Below are positions 1 through 10,117 of a stretch of DNA of 64,000 bases, piece by piece. The notes under the pieces are model-generated. The model was not told the DNA's origin and made no database searches. It saw nothing but the letters and a program-made list of their open reading frames with translations. Every line of letters begins with the position of its first letter. The first letter of the stretch is position 1. Origin of the DNA: an uncultured Gemmatimonadaceae bacterium (GTDB lineage: Bacteria > Gemmatimonadota > Gemmatimonadetes > Gemmatimonadales > Gemmatimonadaceae); the NCBI GenBank assembly GCA_963740355.1, contig CAVUDW010000002.1:864001-928000 (forward strand). The letters are read 5' to 3'. A program made the translations under genes and the position numbers.

Positions 1-1653
1 TCACGCCGCCGGAGGCTCGGCAGCGGGAGGAGCGGCCCCGTCCGGGGTCGCCCCATCCGGACCGCCAGGACGGCGGCCACGACGGCGGCGGCGAGAGCGC
101 CGCTTCCGACGGGCCGAGTCCGCATTCGGTTCGGCCCCTTCTGAGCCGGGCTCGACCGAATCGTGTTCATCGCCGCCGTCTTCCTGCTCACCCTCACCGT
201 CGTCAGACGTTCCCGCGGACTGGGGCTCGCCGTCACCGATTGCTTCGCCAGTGCCCGATCCCGCTCGCTCGGCGCGATCCTTCCGCGACCGGCGTCGCCG
301 ACGGCGCGACTTCCGTTCGCCCGCCGGCGCGGCGCCCTCAGCGCTGTCACCTGCGCCCGCTTCGTTCGCGGCGAGCAGTTCGTCCGTGAGCTCAGCCGTT
401 TCCGTTGCATCGTCAGCGGCCGGGTTCACCTCAGCGCGACTTTCCCGTTCCGGCTGTGGCTGACGTTCCGGCCGCGGCGGGCGTGGCTCGCGCGGGGGCC
501 GCTCGGCCCGCGGTGCCTTCTCTTCACGCGGCTCACGCGGCTCACGCGGCACCCGCTCTTCCCGCGGCTCGCGGGGCGGGCGCTCGGCGCGCGGGGCCCG
601 CTCCTCGGTGCGCTCGGCACGGGGTGTCCGTTCGTCGGATCGCTCGGCGCGCGGTGCGCGCTCCGGGCGTTCCTCCCGTCCAGACCGTTCCTCCCGCTGG
701 GCCCCACGTTCCTCCCGTGGCGCCGGCCGCTCGTCGCGCTGGGCGCGATCCTCACGGGCTGCCCGCCCGCCACGATCGGCTCGTCCGCCGCGCTCGCGAT
801 CCTTCTCCGACCGATCCGGCGGACGGGTGGCGCGCTCGGTCGGGACCGGGATCACCGACGACTCCGAGGCGCGGTCGGCGCGGCCTGGTGCCTCTGGGGC
901 AGCCTTCCCCCCGGGCACCGGGCGCTTCGCACTGCGGGCGGCGCGGGCCCAGTGAAACAGTGCCACCACGTCGGCCCAGCCACGCCGCCGTGATGCGCGC
1001 TGCCGCACGTCATACCGCGGAGCGAACTCGACGTTTTCGATGCGGCGCGCGAAGGGCGCGACATTGAGCGCAAAATCGATATTCGCGGCCCACCCCTCGC
1101 CGGAGCAGACCGGAGTGCCACCAAGCGCGCGAAGCAGGTCCCGCAGCACCGAGATCCGGACCAGCCGGAATCCCGTGAACGGATCGGCCACCGGCGGCAG
1201 GCGGAGGAAGGGCTTTACCGCCCAGCGTCCCCAACGGCGCAGGCGGCGCTCGTCGGCGGGCGTGGCGTCGGACATGGTGCGGTGGACTGCAACCAGGTCA
1301 GCGCCGCCCTCGAACCGCTTCACCAACTCGGGGAGATGCTCCGGCGACTCGGTGAAGTCACCTTGCAGCAGCACCATGGCATCGCGGCGGGCGTATTCGT
1401 CGTCCGCGGCCACGTGTCGAACCAGGGCATCGATGCTGGCGGCGTAGCCGCGATGCGCGGCACCGCGGATGACCGTGAGCGGCATGACGGACTGGTACGG
1501 CTCGAGCACTTCACCGGTCCCATCCGTGCTGGCGTCATCGTAGACGACGACGTCGTATTCCCGGGAGAAGCCCTGAAACACCGATCGGAGGCGCCACAGA
1601 AGGACGCCAATGGTGGTGGCCTCGTTGTGGACCGGGATGCAGATGCGAAGCAC
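1..1653 (-). CDS. Glycosyltransferase family 2 (DPM1-like) with long R/E/P-rich disordered C-terminal tail
   Basis: IPVHNE, VYDDASTDGT and DPFTGFRL GT2 motifs; DxD position reads QGD; residues ~245-550 are low-complexity RAER/PRE repeats and poly-Arg blocks. Confidence 0.8.
   Translation of the reverse strand: MLRICIPVHNEATTIGVLLWRLRSVFQGFSREYDVVVYDDASTDGTGEVLEPYQSVMPLTVIRGAAHRGYAASIDALVRHVAADDEYARRDAMVLLQGDFTESPEHLPELVKRFEGGADLVAVHRTMSDATPADERRLRRWGRWAVKPFLRLPPVADPFTGFRLVRISVLRDLLRALGGTPVCSGEGWAANIDFALNVAPFARRIENVEFAPRYDVRQRASRRRGWADVVALFHWARAARSAKRPVPGGKAAPEAPGRADRASESSVIPVPTERATRPPDRSEKDRERGGRADRGGRAAREDRAQRDERPAPREERGAQREERSGREERPERAPRAERSDERTPRAERTEERAPRAERPPREPREERVPREPREPREEKAPRAERPPREPRPPRPERQPQPERESRAEVNPAADDATETAELTDELLAANEAGAGDSAEGAAPAGERKSRRRRRRSRKDRAERAGSGTGEAIGDGEPQSAGTSDDGEGEQEDGGDEHDSVEPGSEGAEPNADSARRKRRSRRRRRGRRPGGPDGATPDGAAPPAAEPPAA
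524..550. repeat. Tandem 9-bp repeat TCACGCGGC x3 (codes PRE-PRE-PRE in the GT2 tail)
   Basis: Three exact copies at 524, 533 and 542. Confidence 0.8.
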
Positions 1654-1885
1654 GTCGGACGGGTGGGCGGGAACGCGAAAAGAACCAGCGCGAATCTAAC
1701 CCCCGGGGATGCCGGAAGCACACTGTCAGCACTCATGCTTCACGAGCGCTGATGCGGCACCACGCGCGTTCGCTGTTGCCGGGACGTGACAACGTGCGTC
1801 GCAGGAGTGTATCTGATTCAGAGGAAGTTGCCGATACCGATAGCGGAAGGACGCAGTCATCACGCATGCACCGAGGCGCGACGGA

Positions 1886-2617
1886 ATGATCCAGGCAGAC
1901 CTGCGACACACGCTCACCCGCGACGACGCTCAGTTGGCATTGCACCTCGTGGCGCGCGACTCACCACGTGATCGTGAGGCCGCCGAGGAGGCGCTGCGCC
2001 ACGAGGGCATCGATGCGCTGCTCGATGACACACGGCTGCTCGATGCGCTGACGGCTGATTCGCGCGCCGCGCACGCGTCGCTGCCGATGTTCGCGTATGT
2101 CGTCGTCCGTCACTCGCTGCGCGAGCTTGGGGAAGGTGAGCGCGCGGTGGCGGATTACGTGGCGAGTGTGGTGGTGCATTTCGCCGATCACGACCGTGCC
2201 TGGCGCGTGGCCGTGCATGACGATGCGACGTACGACACCCTCAGCGCGTTGCTGGCCGATGCGGAGACCGGGGATCCGAAACGCACGTTCCTCGTGCGGC
2301 AGCACCTCGCGAACTACGCGCTCTGGCTTTCGGGGTTGTTTCCCGATCACGTCACGTTGCGCAAGTGGCGCCGCGGTGGCCCCGACCTGTCGTACTACGA
2401 CGAAATGGGCCGGCAGGGCTTCCTGCTCGCGGCGGAGCATCGCATGGCGGACAGCACGGGGCTCCGGCCCGTCTTTTCGCGCGCGGCGGGGGAATTTCCG
2501 CTGATTCGGCAGGCGCTCAATCGCGTCAGCGACCGCTTGCTCTTTCCTGGGCAGCACTCGCCGGAGCGCCTGATGCGGCAGGTGAGTGACGAGGGCCGCT
2601 GGCGGCTGGCGTCGTAA
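1886..2617 (+). CDS. Conserved hypothetical protein
   Basis: 243-aa ORF with host-like codon use; LWLSGLFPD...YYDEMG segment typical of a widespread uncharacterised family. Confidence 0.75.
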   Translation: MIQADLRHTLTRDDAQLALHLVARDSPRDREAAEEALRHEGIDALLDDTRLLDALTADSRAAHASLPMFAYVVVRHSLRELGEGERAVADYVASVVVHFADHDRAWRVAVHDDATYDTLSALLADAETGDPKRTFLVRQHLANYALWLSGLFPDHVTLRKWRRGGPDLSYYDEMGRQGFLLAAEHRMADSTGLRPVFSRAAGEFPLIRQALNRVSDRLLFPGQHSPERLMRQVSDEGRWRLAS

Positions 2618-2736
2618 GCCGGTAGGTCGGCGTATTCGATGACGAGCCGCAACGGAAGTGGTTGCGGTGAAGCTCTCCGTGGGGGTACTCTGGCCGGATC
2701 CTGATCGTCGGTTCGGTTCCTTTACCCCGCTGCCCG

Positions 2737-3231
2737 GTGTCGTCGTTCGGCAATCCCTCTGCGCGCCGCCAGCTGGCGGAAATGAAGCACACGCTGGCAT
2801 TGGCGCGTGTCGCCCGTGATGACGTGCGCGCGGCGTACGCCGTGTCGACGCAGCGACTCGAGGCCGCTCGTACCGAGTTGGCAACTATCGTTCGCCGTGG
2901 CGAGTTGGCGCGCCAGATCGACGATCAGGAGACCGTCAGCGTCGCCGAGCGGTTCGCTGAATCGCAGCGCACCACGATTGCGGTGCTGGAGCGGAAGGTC
3001 GCGGTGCAGCACGAGGAACTGGAGCTCACCGAGCGCACGGTGAGCGAAATGGAAGCGGAGCTGCGTGGTGTGACTGGCATCGGCCCGACGCCGAGTGACG
3101 GTAGCCCGGCCTCCGGTTCCGATGCGCCGCATGTGGACGCCGCCGACTATCGACCGCTCGATGATGCCGCGCGCGCGCAGACGGCGGATGAACGCCTGGC
3201 CGAACTGAAACGAAAGATGGGACGCGCTTGA
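2737..3231 (+). CDS. PspA/IM30-like coiled-coil protein
   Basis: Heptad-rich helical sequence ending DERLAELKRKMG, as in PspA C-termini; start uncertain. Confidence 0.6.
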   Translation: MSSFGNPSARRQLAEMKHTLALARVARDDVRAAYAVSTQRLEAARTELATIVRRGELARQIDDQETVSVAERFAESQRTTIAVLERKVAVQHEELELTERTVSEMEAELRGVTGIGPTPSDGSPASGSDAPHVDAADYRPLDDAARAQTADERLAELKRKMGRA

Positions 3232-4931
3232 TGCGCCGCCTCGTGCTCGCCGCCGCGACGGCCTGCGCGGTGCAGTGCGGTGCGCAGTCGGTCCCCACGG
3301 ACACCGCGCTCTCTCGCTGTCTGGGTCAGCGCATCACCAAGATCTCGATCGAGCCGATGGGCCCGGAGTTCGGTGGGCGATCGAAGTCATCGGCATTCAT
3401 CACGGGGCTGGTCCGCAAGTTCCATGTCGACAGTCGCTCGCGCGTGATTCGCGAGTTCGTGCAGCTGCAGGAAGGCGGCATCTGCACCGAGATCAATCGG
3501 CGCGAGACGGAGCGTGTGCTGCGCGCCCAGTGGTTCATCCAGGATGCCCGCGTGTTGGTGTATCCGGACAAGGATGGGGTGCAGCTGATCGTTGCCACGG
3601 TGGACGAAGTGGCGATGATCGCTGGCGCCCAATTCAATGGTGCCGCGCTGAAGTCGCTCAACATCGGCAACTCGAACCTGATGGGCCGTGGCTTGCTGAT
3701 CGAGACCGGCTGGCGCAGCAACGGCCCCCTTCGCGATGGACGCACGCTGCGGATGCGATCGGCGATCACGTTCGGTCGCCCGATCCAGACCAACCTGACG
3801 TGGAATCGCTACGGGCTTGGCACGCGGGCCGATCTCGAACTCCGGTACCCGTTCCTCACCGACTTGCAGCGCTTTGGCTTCCGCAGCATCATCGGCCAGG
3901 ACGAGGATTACGTCCGCTTCTTGCGCGCGGAGGGCGACCTTCCGTATCAGCGTGTGTCGCGTACGTTCGCGTCGCTTGGCGGCGTGGCACGCATCGGCAA
4001 GCCGGGCGCGCTGTTGCTGGCTGGTGCGTCACTGAGTTATGACGGCGAAAACATCGGCTCGGCGGTAATCGTCACCGATAGCGGCGCATATCCGTTCCAG
4101 GAGGCGTTGCCTGTGCTGGCCGCGCCGCCGCAGAGCGCCACCCGCATGAACCTGCTGTTCGGCGGTCGCGCGATGCGATTCCTCCCGGTCGAAGGCTTCG
4201 ATGCGATCACCGGCGTGCAGGACCTTCGTATCGGGGTGCAGTTTGGTGGGCAATTCGGGCGACCGGTGAAGCTGAGCGGCATCGCCACCAACGACTATTT
4301 CCTGTCGGGTGACATTTACGGCGGGTGGGGCACGCAGCGCGGGTTCATCGGGAGCGAGTGGGTGTTCTCGGGCCGCAAGTCGAATCGAGGCGGTTGGGAC
4401 GGGCGGCTGATCAGCGGTCGCACCGCAGCGTACCTCAAGCCGACGAAGAAATCGACCAGTATCGCATCCGTCGAGTTCACCGGCGGCAACGACGTGCGCG
4501 TGCCGTTCCAGGTTCCCCTCGGCGCAACGCGATTTGGTGTGCGCGGTTTCGGTGAGTCATATGATGCCGGCAGCAGTCGCGTCATCTTGCGCGGCGAGCA
4601 GCGCCAGGCGCTGGGGCGGCCGTGGGGATTTGCCGACATCGGCGCGGTGGTCTTCACCGAAACGGGCAAGTTGTGGGCGGGCAAGGTGCCGTACGGTGTC
4701 GAGACGCCGTGGCGGTCGTCGATCGGCACCGGTGTGCTGCTCTCAGTGCCGCCCCGTTCGCGCCGTATGTATCGGCTCGATATCGCCTACGGGCTGAACC
4801 CGGACATCCGCTCGAAACACTGGGAAGTCCGCGTCGCGTCGGGCGACTTCACGCGCTACTTCTGGCAGGACCCGGACGAATCCCGACGGGCCCGCGAGCG
4901 GTCGCTGGTGTCGAACCTGTTCCAGTTCTAG
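3228..4931 (+). CDS. Omp85/BamA-TamA family outer-membrane protein (POTRA + beta-barrel)
   Basis: Signal peptide, POTRA-like ETERVLRAQWFIQD, VRGF motif, terminal Phe. Confidence 0.7.
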   Translation: MMRRLVLAAATACAVQCGAQSVPTDTALSRCLGQRITKISIEPMGPEFGGRSKSSAFITGLVRKFHVDSRSRVIREFVQLQEGGICTEINRRETERVLRAQWFIQDARVLVYPDKDGVQLIVATVDEVAMIAGAQFNGAALKSLNIGNSNLMGRGLLIETGWRSNGPLRDGRTLRMRSAITFGRPIQTNLTWNRYGLGTRADLELRYPFLTDLQRFGFRSIIGQDEDYVRFLRAEGDLPYQRVSRTFASLGGVARIGKPGALLLAGASLSYDGENIGSAVIVTDSGAYPFQEALPVLAAPPQSATRMNLLFGGRAMRFLPVEGFDAITGVQDLRIGVQFGGQFGRPVKLSGIATNDYFLSGDIYGGWGTQRGFIGSEWVFSGRKSNRGGWDGRLISGRTAAYLKPTKKSTSIASVEFTGGNDVRVPFQVPLGATRFGVRGFGESYDAGSSRVILRGEQRQALGRPWGFADIGAVVFTETGKLWAGKVPYGVETPWRSSIGTGVLLSVPPRSRRMYRLDIAYGLNPDIRSKHWEVRVASGDFTRYFWQDPDESRRARERSLVSNLFQF

Positions 4932-5279
4932 CGCGCGCTGTCCTCTCGTCTTGACCGGGTGAGCTGCGAACACGTGCGCGACTCGGTTCGCGGCTGAGCT
5001 CCCCGCTTCGCGCCCACTGGTTCATCGTAGCGTCGACGCGCTCCGAACGTCTACGGCACAGCCTGTTCCGTGTGTCAGGTATTGCCCGCCATCCGCCAGC
5101 TGTGCACCCGAGTATTTGTACTGTGTCGTGTGCTATTCGCATCGCCACGCGACACTCTGCTCGTGCGGGGAACGCCTTCACTTGTGCGCCGTCAAACTGA
5201 CGCGTAGCTGATCAGGTTCCCTCGACGACACCACATGACTGCACGAGTTGCGGCGGTCTTTCTCATCTGGAGCGACATC

Positions 5280-5672
5280 ATGCATGGATACGTGAAGAAC
5301 ATCGGCGCGATCGCCGAGTCGAACGCCGACTTTCGGCAGGTGCTCTATACCGCCAAGCACTCCCAGCTGGTCGTGATGTCGATACCAGTCGGCGGCGAGA
5401 TCGGGAGTGAAGTGCACAAGCTCGACCAGTTCTTCCGCGTCGAGTCGGGGACTGGCGCCGCCATTCTCGATGGCGTCACCACTCCCGTCTCCGAAGGATT
5501 CGCGATCCTGATCCCGGCGGGGACCACGCACAACATCATCAACTCCGGCACCGCAGACCTCAAGCTGTATACCCTGTATTCGCCGCCGAACCATCGCGAC
5601 GGCGTGCGACATCACACCCGGGCCGATGCGGAAGCCGACACGGAACACTTCGACGGAAAGACAACCGAGTGA
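5280..5672 (+). CDS. Cupin domain protein
   Basis: EIGSEVH..DQFF and IPAGTTHNIIN cupin motifs; GGAG RBS before ATG 5280. Confidence 0.9.
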   Translation: MHGYVKNIGAIAESNADFRQVLYTAKHSQLVVMSIPVGGEIGSEVHKLDQFFRVESGTGAAILDGVTTPVSEGFAILIPAGTTHNIINSGTADLKLYTLYSPPNHRDGVRHHTRADAEADTEHFDGKTTE

Positions 5673-5699
5673 GCGAGAGTGTCACCGGTCAGCGAGCAC

Positions 5700-7325
5700 T
5701 CAGCGCTCGCTGACCGGAAGCTGCGGCTCCGCGATGTACGTTGCGGGCAGCGTGCCCGTGAGTGTGCCGAGCCACGCGCGGATGTTTGCCACCCTGGCGG
5801 CATCCAGTTCGATGCCAAGCTGATGACGTCCCATGAGGACGATCACGCTGTCCAGTGACGCCACTGAGCCATCGTGGAAGTAGGGCGCCGTCTTCTCGAC
5901 GTTGCGGAGCGACGGCACCTTGAACACGAACCGATCGGCCGCCTGATGGGTGACGGCAATCCGCCCACTATCCGCGGTCGTTGGCCACGGCTTGACCTGG
6001 CCGAGTCGGCGGTACATCTGGCCTCCTACGAAGGCACCGTTGTGGCAGCTCGCACACCCCGTGCGCACGAAGGTTGCTGCCCCTTCTCGCTCGGCGAGCG
6101 TCAACACCGTGGTGTCGCCCGCGAGGTATGCATCCCAGCGAGACGGCGTGACGAGCCCACGCTCGAAGGCTCCGATCGCACGGCCGACGTTGTCATAGTT
6201 GATCGGCGCGCCTTGTCCCGGAAATGCTGCAGCGAACAACGCACGATACGACGCCGATGCACGCAAATGTGCAAGCACAGCCTCCGAGTTGACCATTCCC
6301 ATCTCGACCGGGTTGAGGATCGGCCCCTTCGCCTGCTCCTCGACATCCACCGCCCGCCCATCCCAGAACTGGGCGACGTGGCCAGCGGCATTGTAAACCG
6401 TCGGTGCATTGCGGCCACCCACATGCCCAACGCTGCCGAAGCTTACCTGCCGGCCGTCAGCGCCGTATCCGTTCAGCGCGTGACAGCTGTTGCATGAGAC
6501 ATCGTGCCCGTTCGAGAGCAAAGTTTCGTAGAACAGGCGACGTCCCAACGTCACCTCGGCGATGCTTGGAATGCGACCTGGTGCTGCCATCACGGTGGGA
6601 AGCACGCCGAACATCGCCAGTTCGGCGCGCGTGAGCAGCACGGGATGTGCCGAGCCCTCCACGACGCTCGCGGAGCGCTCTGCTGCACTGTCGGCTGCTG
6701 CTTGCGGCGGAGGCGCTGCGCGCCCGCACGCGACGATTGTGGCTGCGACCACGACTGGCCGCACGATGCCAGGTGCGACGCCAAGTGGTCGCCGCCACAT
6801 GCGAAGGATCAACAGCAGTGCGACGGCGCAGGTCGCCGCTACGACCAGCCCCGACGACGGGATGGCCAGCCACGACAGCGATTCCTTCGCCGCTCCGGTG
6901 CTGCCAAGTGCCGGCGCACGCGAACCGGCCCACACCCAGAACACCGAGTACCCGAGGCCGCCGGCGCCGGCACCGAGGCTGATCACGCGCGCAAACAGTG
7001 GGCGAATACCGAGAAGGACCACGATCAGTGAGAGGGCGACTGCCGTCGTGCCGAGTGCGCCTGCATGCAGGTGTGATCGCTGCATGTACACCCACGACTT
7101 CGCCAGAACCGCCTTGATCGCGGCCGCATCACCGTTGTAGACCGCTGCCGGCGCGGCAGCCGCTGACGCTGCGAGGCGCGATGTGATCGCCTCCTCGTTC
7201 AGCCCGAACACCACACCCAATCCGAAACCCAGCAGCAAGGTCAGTGTGGCGAGCAGCAGACCTGGAAGAACCGCATGCAACAGCTCGTCACTGAAACGTG
7301 ACGAGGGAAGACTCGACGTACTCAT
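5700..7325 (-). CDS. Di-heme cytochrome c peroxidase (CcpA/MauG family) fused to an N-terminal ~4-TM domain
   Basis: Two CXXCH motifs (CNSCH, CASCH), RNAPTV, QFWDGR, FKVPSLRNV, PYFHDGS; hydrophobic N-terminal ~180 aa; start 7325 or 7364. Confidence 0.85.
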   Translation of the reverse strand: MSTSSLPSSRFSDELLHAVLPGLLLATLTLLLGFGLGVVFGLNEEAITSRLAASAAAAPAAVYNGDAAAIKAVLAKSWVYMQRSHLHAGALGTTAVALSLIVVLLGIRPLFARVISLGAGAGGLGYSVFWVWAGSRAPALGSTGAAKESLSWLAIPSSGLVVAATCAVALLLILRMWRRPLGVAPGIVRPVVVAATIVACGRAAPPPQAAADSAAERSASVVEGSAHPVLLTRAELAMFGVLPTVMAAPGRIPSIAEVTLGRRLFYETLLSNGHDVSCNSCHALNGYGADGRQVSFGSVGHVGGRNAPTVYNAAGHVAQFWDGRAVDVEEQAKGPILNPVEMGMVNSEAVLAHLRASASYRALFAAAFPGQGAPINYDNVGRAIGAFERGLVTPSRWDAYLAGDTTVLTLAEREGAATFVRTGCASCHNGAFVGGQMYRRLGQVKPWPTTADSGRIAVTHQAADRFVFKVPSLRNVEKTAPYFHDGSVASLDSVIVLMGRHQLGIELDAARVANIRAWLGTLTGTLPATYIAEPQLPVSER

Positions 7326-7496
7326 GAGCGCACTCTGTGCCAGATGGCACGTGATGGGAGACATACAGGACCGAATCGTTCTGTGTACAGCCGATCCCCC
7401 GTCTCGCAGTGTGGTACATCACGCAGCTGAACTCAATGGCGCGCGATGCTGACCACCCTACAGTTCGCCATCACACTCAGCCACTGACTTCTGCGC

Positions 7497-9053
7497 TCAT
7501 GCGTCCGGTATGCTCTTCGTGAGGCGGCGCAACAGCGGCACACACAACAGCATCACCAGCCCAGCGCCCCACGCGGTTGCCGTGGGAATGGTGAAGAAGC
7601 TGGCGCGACTCGGCACGGTCTCGATCAGGCCGGCCATGAAGCCGCCCAGATAGCTCGCCGCACCAATCGAAAGGAACCACGCACCCATCAGCAGCGACAC
7701 GAATTGCGGCGGTGCCACTTTCGTGACGTAGCTCAAACCGACTGGCGAGAGAAACAATTCGCCAACGCTGTGACAGAAATACGCGCCGATGAGGAACCAC
7801 GGGCCAACCTTGCTCCCCGCATCGACATCACGACCGGCGAAGATCAGCAGGAAGAAACCAAGGCCGCCGAAAAAGAGGCCCCAGACCATCTTCATGCTGG
7901 TGGACGGCTCCAGCTTCCGCTTCTGCAGCATCGCCCAGAAGAACGCAGCAGTCGGCGAGAGCAGGATGATGAACATCGGCTGTACACTCTGGAACCAGCT
8001 GGCCGGAATGATGTCCATGCCGAACAGCCCCGCGCCAACGGTGCGATCGGTGTCCTTGTCGGCGAAGATCGTGAGCGAGCTGCCGGCCTGCTCGAAGACC
8101 AGCCAGAAGAACATCACGAAGAAGCAGACCGTGGTCAGTGCATAGACGCGCTTGCGTTCCTCACCCTGCGTGCCGAGGATCGCCACTGCGAAGGCGCCAC
8201 CGATGATGATGCCGAAGGTGAGCGTCATGATGCCGCTGCCGGAGAAGAGCCATGGCGCCAGGCCCATGTCCCGCCACGACGGACTACCAGCCATCACCGC
8301 GACGATCACGCCACCCAGCGCACCGATGGTGGCATTGCGACCGTTCGACTGGGTGCCCAGCTCTCCAATTTCCGCGTTCACTTCCGCGTCGCGCGTGTGC
8401 GCAGGCGCGAGCCCGATGCCTGGCAGGTACCGATCGCGGCCCCAGAGAAAGGTGATCACGCCCAGCGTCATGCCGACGCCGGCGGCGGCAAAGCCGTAGT
8501 GCCAGCCGAACCGCGGGCTCTCCGCGAGATAACCGCACACCAGCGGCGCGATGAATGAGCCGAGGTTGATGCCGGTGTAGAAGATCGTGAAGCCGACGTC
8601 GCGACGCTGGTCGCCGGGTTCGTACATCTGCCCAACCATCGTCGAGACGTTGGGCTTGAAGAAGCCAGTGCCGATCACGATCAATGCCAGGCCGGAGTAG
8701 AAAAACGGCATGGTCTCGAACGCGAGCAGGAAATGGCCGGCGGCGATCGTCAGTCCGCCGATGACCAGTGATCGTCGTGTGCCAAGCACACGATCGGCGA
8801 TGTAGCCACCGATCAGCGGCGTGAGCCAGACGAGTCCAGTGTACGTGCCGTACAACCGCGTGGCTTGTTGCCCCGTCCAGCCGATGCCGTTGATCAGGTA
8901 CAAGACAAGGATCGCGCGCATCCCGTAGTAGGAAAAGCGCTCCCACATCTCGCACATGAACAGCAGGCCGAGGCCGCGCGGGTGGCCGAAGAAGGCGCGA
9001 TCGTCGAGTGCGGTCGAGGCGCGGGGGGGAGCGGCGCCGGCTGGTGGGGTCAC
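7497..9053 (-). CDS. POT/PTR family proton-dependent oligopeptide transporter
   Basis: FFGHPRGL, EMWERFSYYGMR, GTGFFKPN and ELFLSP motifs; GTG start at 9053. Confidence 0.93.
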   Translation of the reverse strand: MTPPAGAAPPRASTALDDRAFFGHPRGLGLLFMCEMWERFSYYGMRAILVLYLINGIGWTGQQATRLYGTYTGLVWLTPLIGGYIADRVLGTRRSLVIGGLTIAAGHFLLAFETMPFFYSGLALIVIGTGFFKPNVSTMVGQMYEPGDQRRDVGFTIFYTGINLGSFIAPLVCGYLAESPRFGWHYGFAAAGVGMTLGVITFLWGRDRYLPGIGLAPAHTRDAEVNAEIGELGTQSNGRNATIGALGGVIVAVMAGSPSWRDMGLAPWLFSGSGIMTLTFGIIIGGAFAVAILGTQGEERKRVYALTTVCFFVMFFWLVFEQAGSSLTIFADKDTDRTVGAGLFGMDIIPASWFQSVQPMFIILLSPTAAFFWAMLQKRKLEPSTSMKMVWGLFFGGLGFFLLIFAGRDVDAGSKVGPWFLIGAYFCHSVGELFLSPVGLSYVTKVAPPQFVSLLMGAWFLSIGAASYLGGFMAGLIETVPSRASFFTIPTATAWGAGLVMLLCVPLLRRLTKSIPDA

Positions 9054-9058
9054 GGCTA

Positions 9059-10117
9059 TCAGGTCACGGGAGAAACAGCGATGCGACGGCTGCGGAGTGC
9101 AGCGGCGGGAAGGAAGAAGTCGGTCGAGTGAGCGGGTTGCTTGATGCAGGCAGCCCAATGCCCAGGCGCCTTTTCCTCGAGCGGCGGCACCGTCTGCGTG
9201 CAGGCGGCGTCCTTGTCCGGATGAAAACATCGCGGGTGAAAGACGCACCCACTCGGTGGATTGGCCGGTGATGGCGGATCGCCTTCGAGCACGATGCGGT
9301 CGCGCGGCGCGAGTGGATCTGGCAGCGGAATCGCCGACAACAGCGCCTGCGTGTACGGCATGATCGGCGCGGCGAACAACACCTCGGCCGTGGCCAGCTC
9401 CACGATGCGCCCGAGGTACATCACGGCCACGCGCGTCGCGAGATGTTCGACGACACCCAGGTCGTGCGCGATGAAGAGGTAGGTCAGCCCGCGATCGCGT
9501 TGCAGATCCTGCAGCAGGTTGATCACCTGTGCCTGCACCGACACATCGAGGGCCGAGACCGGCTCGTCGAGCACGATGAACTTCGGCTCGACCGCCAAGG
9601 CACGCGCGATGCCGACACGCTGGCGCTGGCCGCCGGAGAACTCGTGCGGATAGCGCCGCGTCCACTCAGGGCGCAGGCCGACTTCATCGAGCAGCGACTG
9701 TACTCGCTTGTCGGCCGCTGCCCCTTCGGCGAGTTCATGGATGATCAATCCTTCCTTCACGGTATCGCCGATCGTCATGCGCGGATTGAGCGACGCGTAT
9801 GGATCTTGAAAGACCAGCTGGATGTGGCGCCGCATCTTCCGCAACTCGGCGCCGCGCAACGTGCGCAGGTCCACACCATCGAAGGTGATGCTGCCGGTCG
9901 TGGGCTCGATGAGGCGCAGGATGCAGCGGCCCGTGGTCGTCTTGCCACAACCCGATTCGCCGACCACGGCCAGCGTTTCACCGGCTGACACGTCGAACGA
10001 CACGTCGGCTACCGCGCGCACGTTTCCCTGGACGCGGTTGAGGATGCCGCCGCGAATCGGAAATTCCTTCGACAATCCCTTCACGCTCAGCAATGGCGCT
10101 TTGGTCGGCGTGGTCAC
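9059..10117 (-). CDS. oppF: Oligo/dipeptide ABC transporter ATP-binding subunit (OppF/DppF-like)
   Basis: [26 protein letters not shown]-terminal [11 protein letters not shown] start overlaps oppD stop. Confidence 0.92.
   Translation of the reverse strand: MTTPTKAPLLSVKGLSKEFPIRGGILNRVQGNVRAVADVSFDVSAGETLAVVGESGCGKTTTGRCILRLIEPTTGSITFDGVDLRTLRGAELRKMRRHIQLVFQDPYASLNPRMTIGDTVKEGLIIHELAEGAAADKRVQSLLDEVGLRPEWTRRYPHEFSGGQRQRVGIARALAVEPKFIVLDEPVSALDVSVQAQVINLLQDLQRDRGLTYLFIAHDLGVVEHLATRVAVMYLGRIVELATAEVLFAAPIMPYTQALLSAIPLPDPLAPRDRIVLEGDPPSPANPPSGCVFHPRCFHPDKDAACTQTVPPLEEKAPGHWAACIKQPAHSTDFFLPAAALRSRRIAVSPVT

Noticed and set aside
5182..5195. FNR-like site TTGTG-N4-GTCAA upstream of the cupin gene
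   Set aside because: Three mismatches to TTGAT-N4-ATCAA; not distinguishable from chance
9054..9665. N-terminal extension of the POT transporter ORF
   Set aside because: Overlaps oppF in another frame; transporter homology begins after GTG 9053
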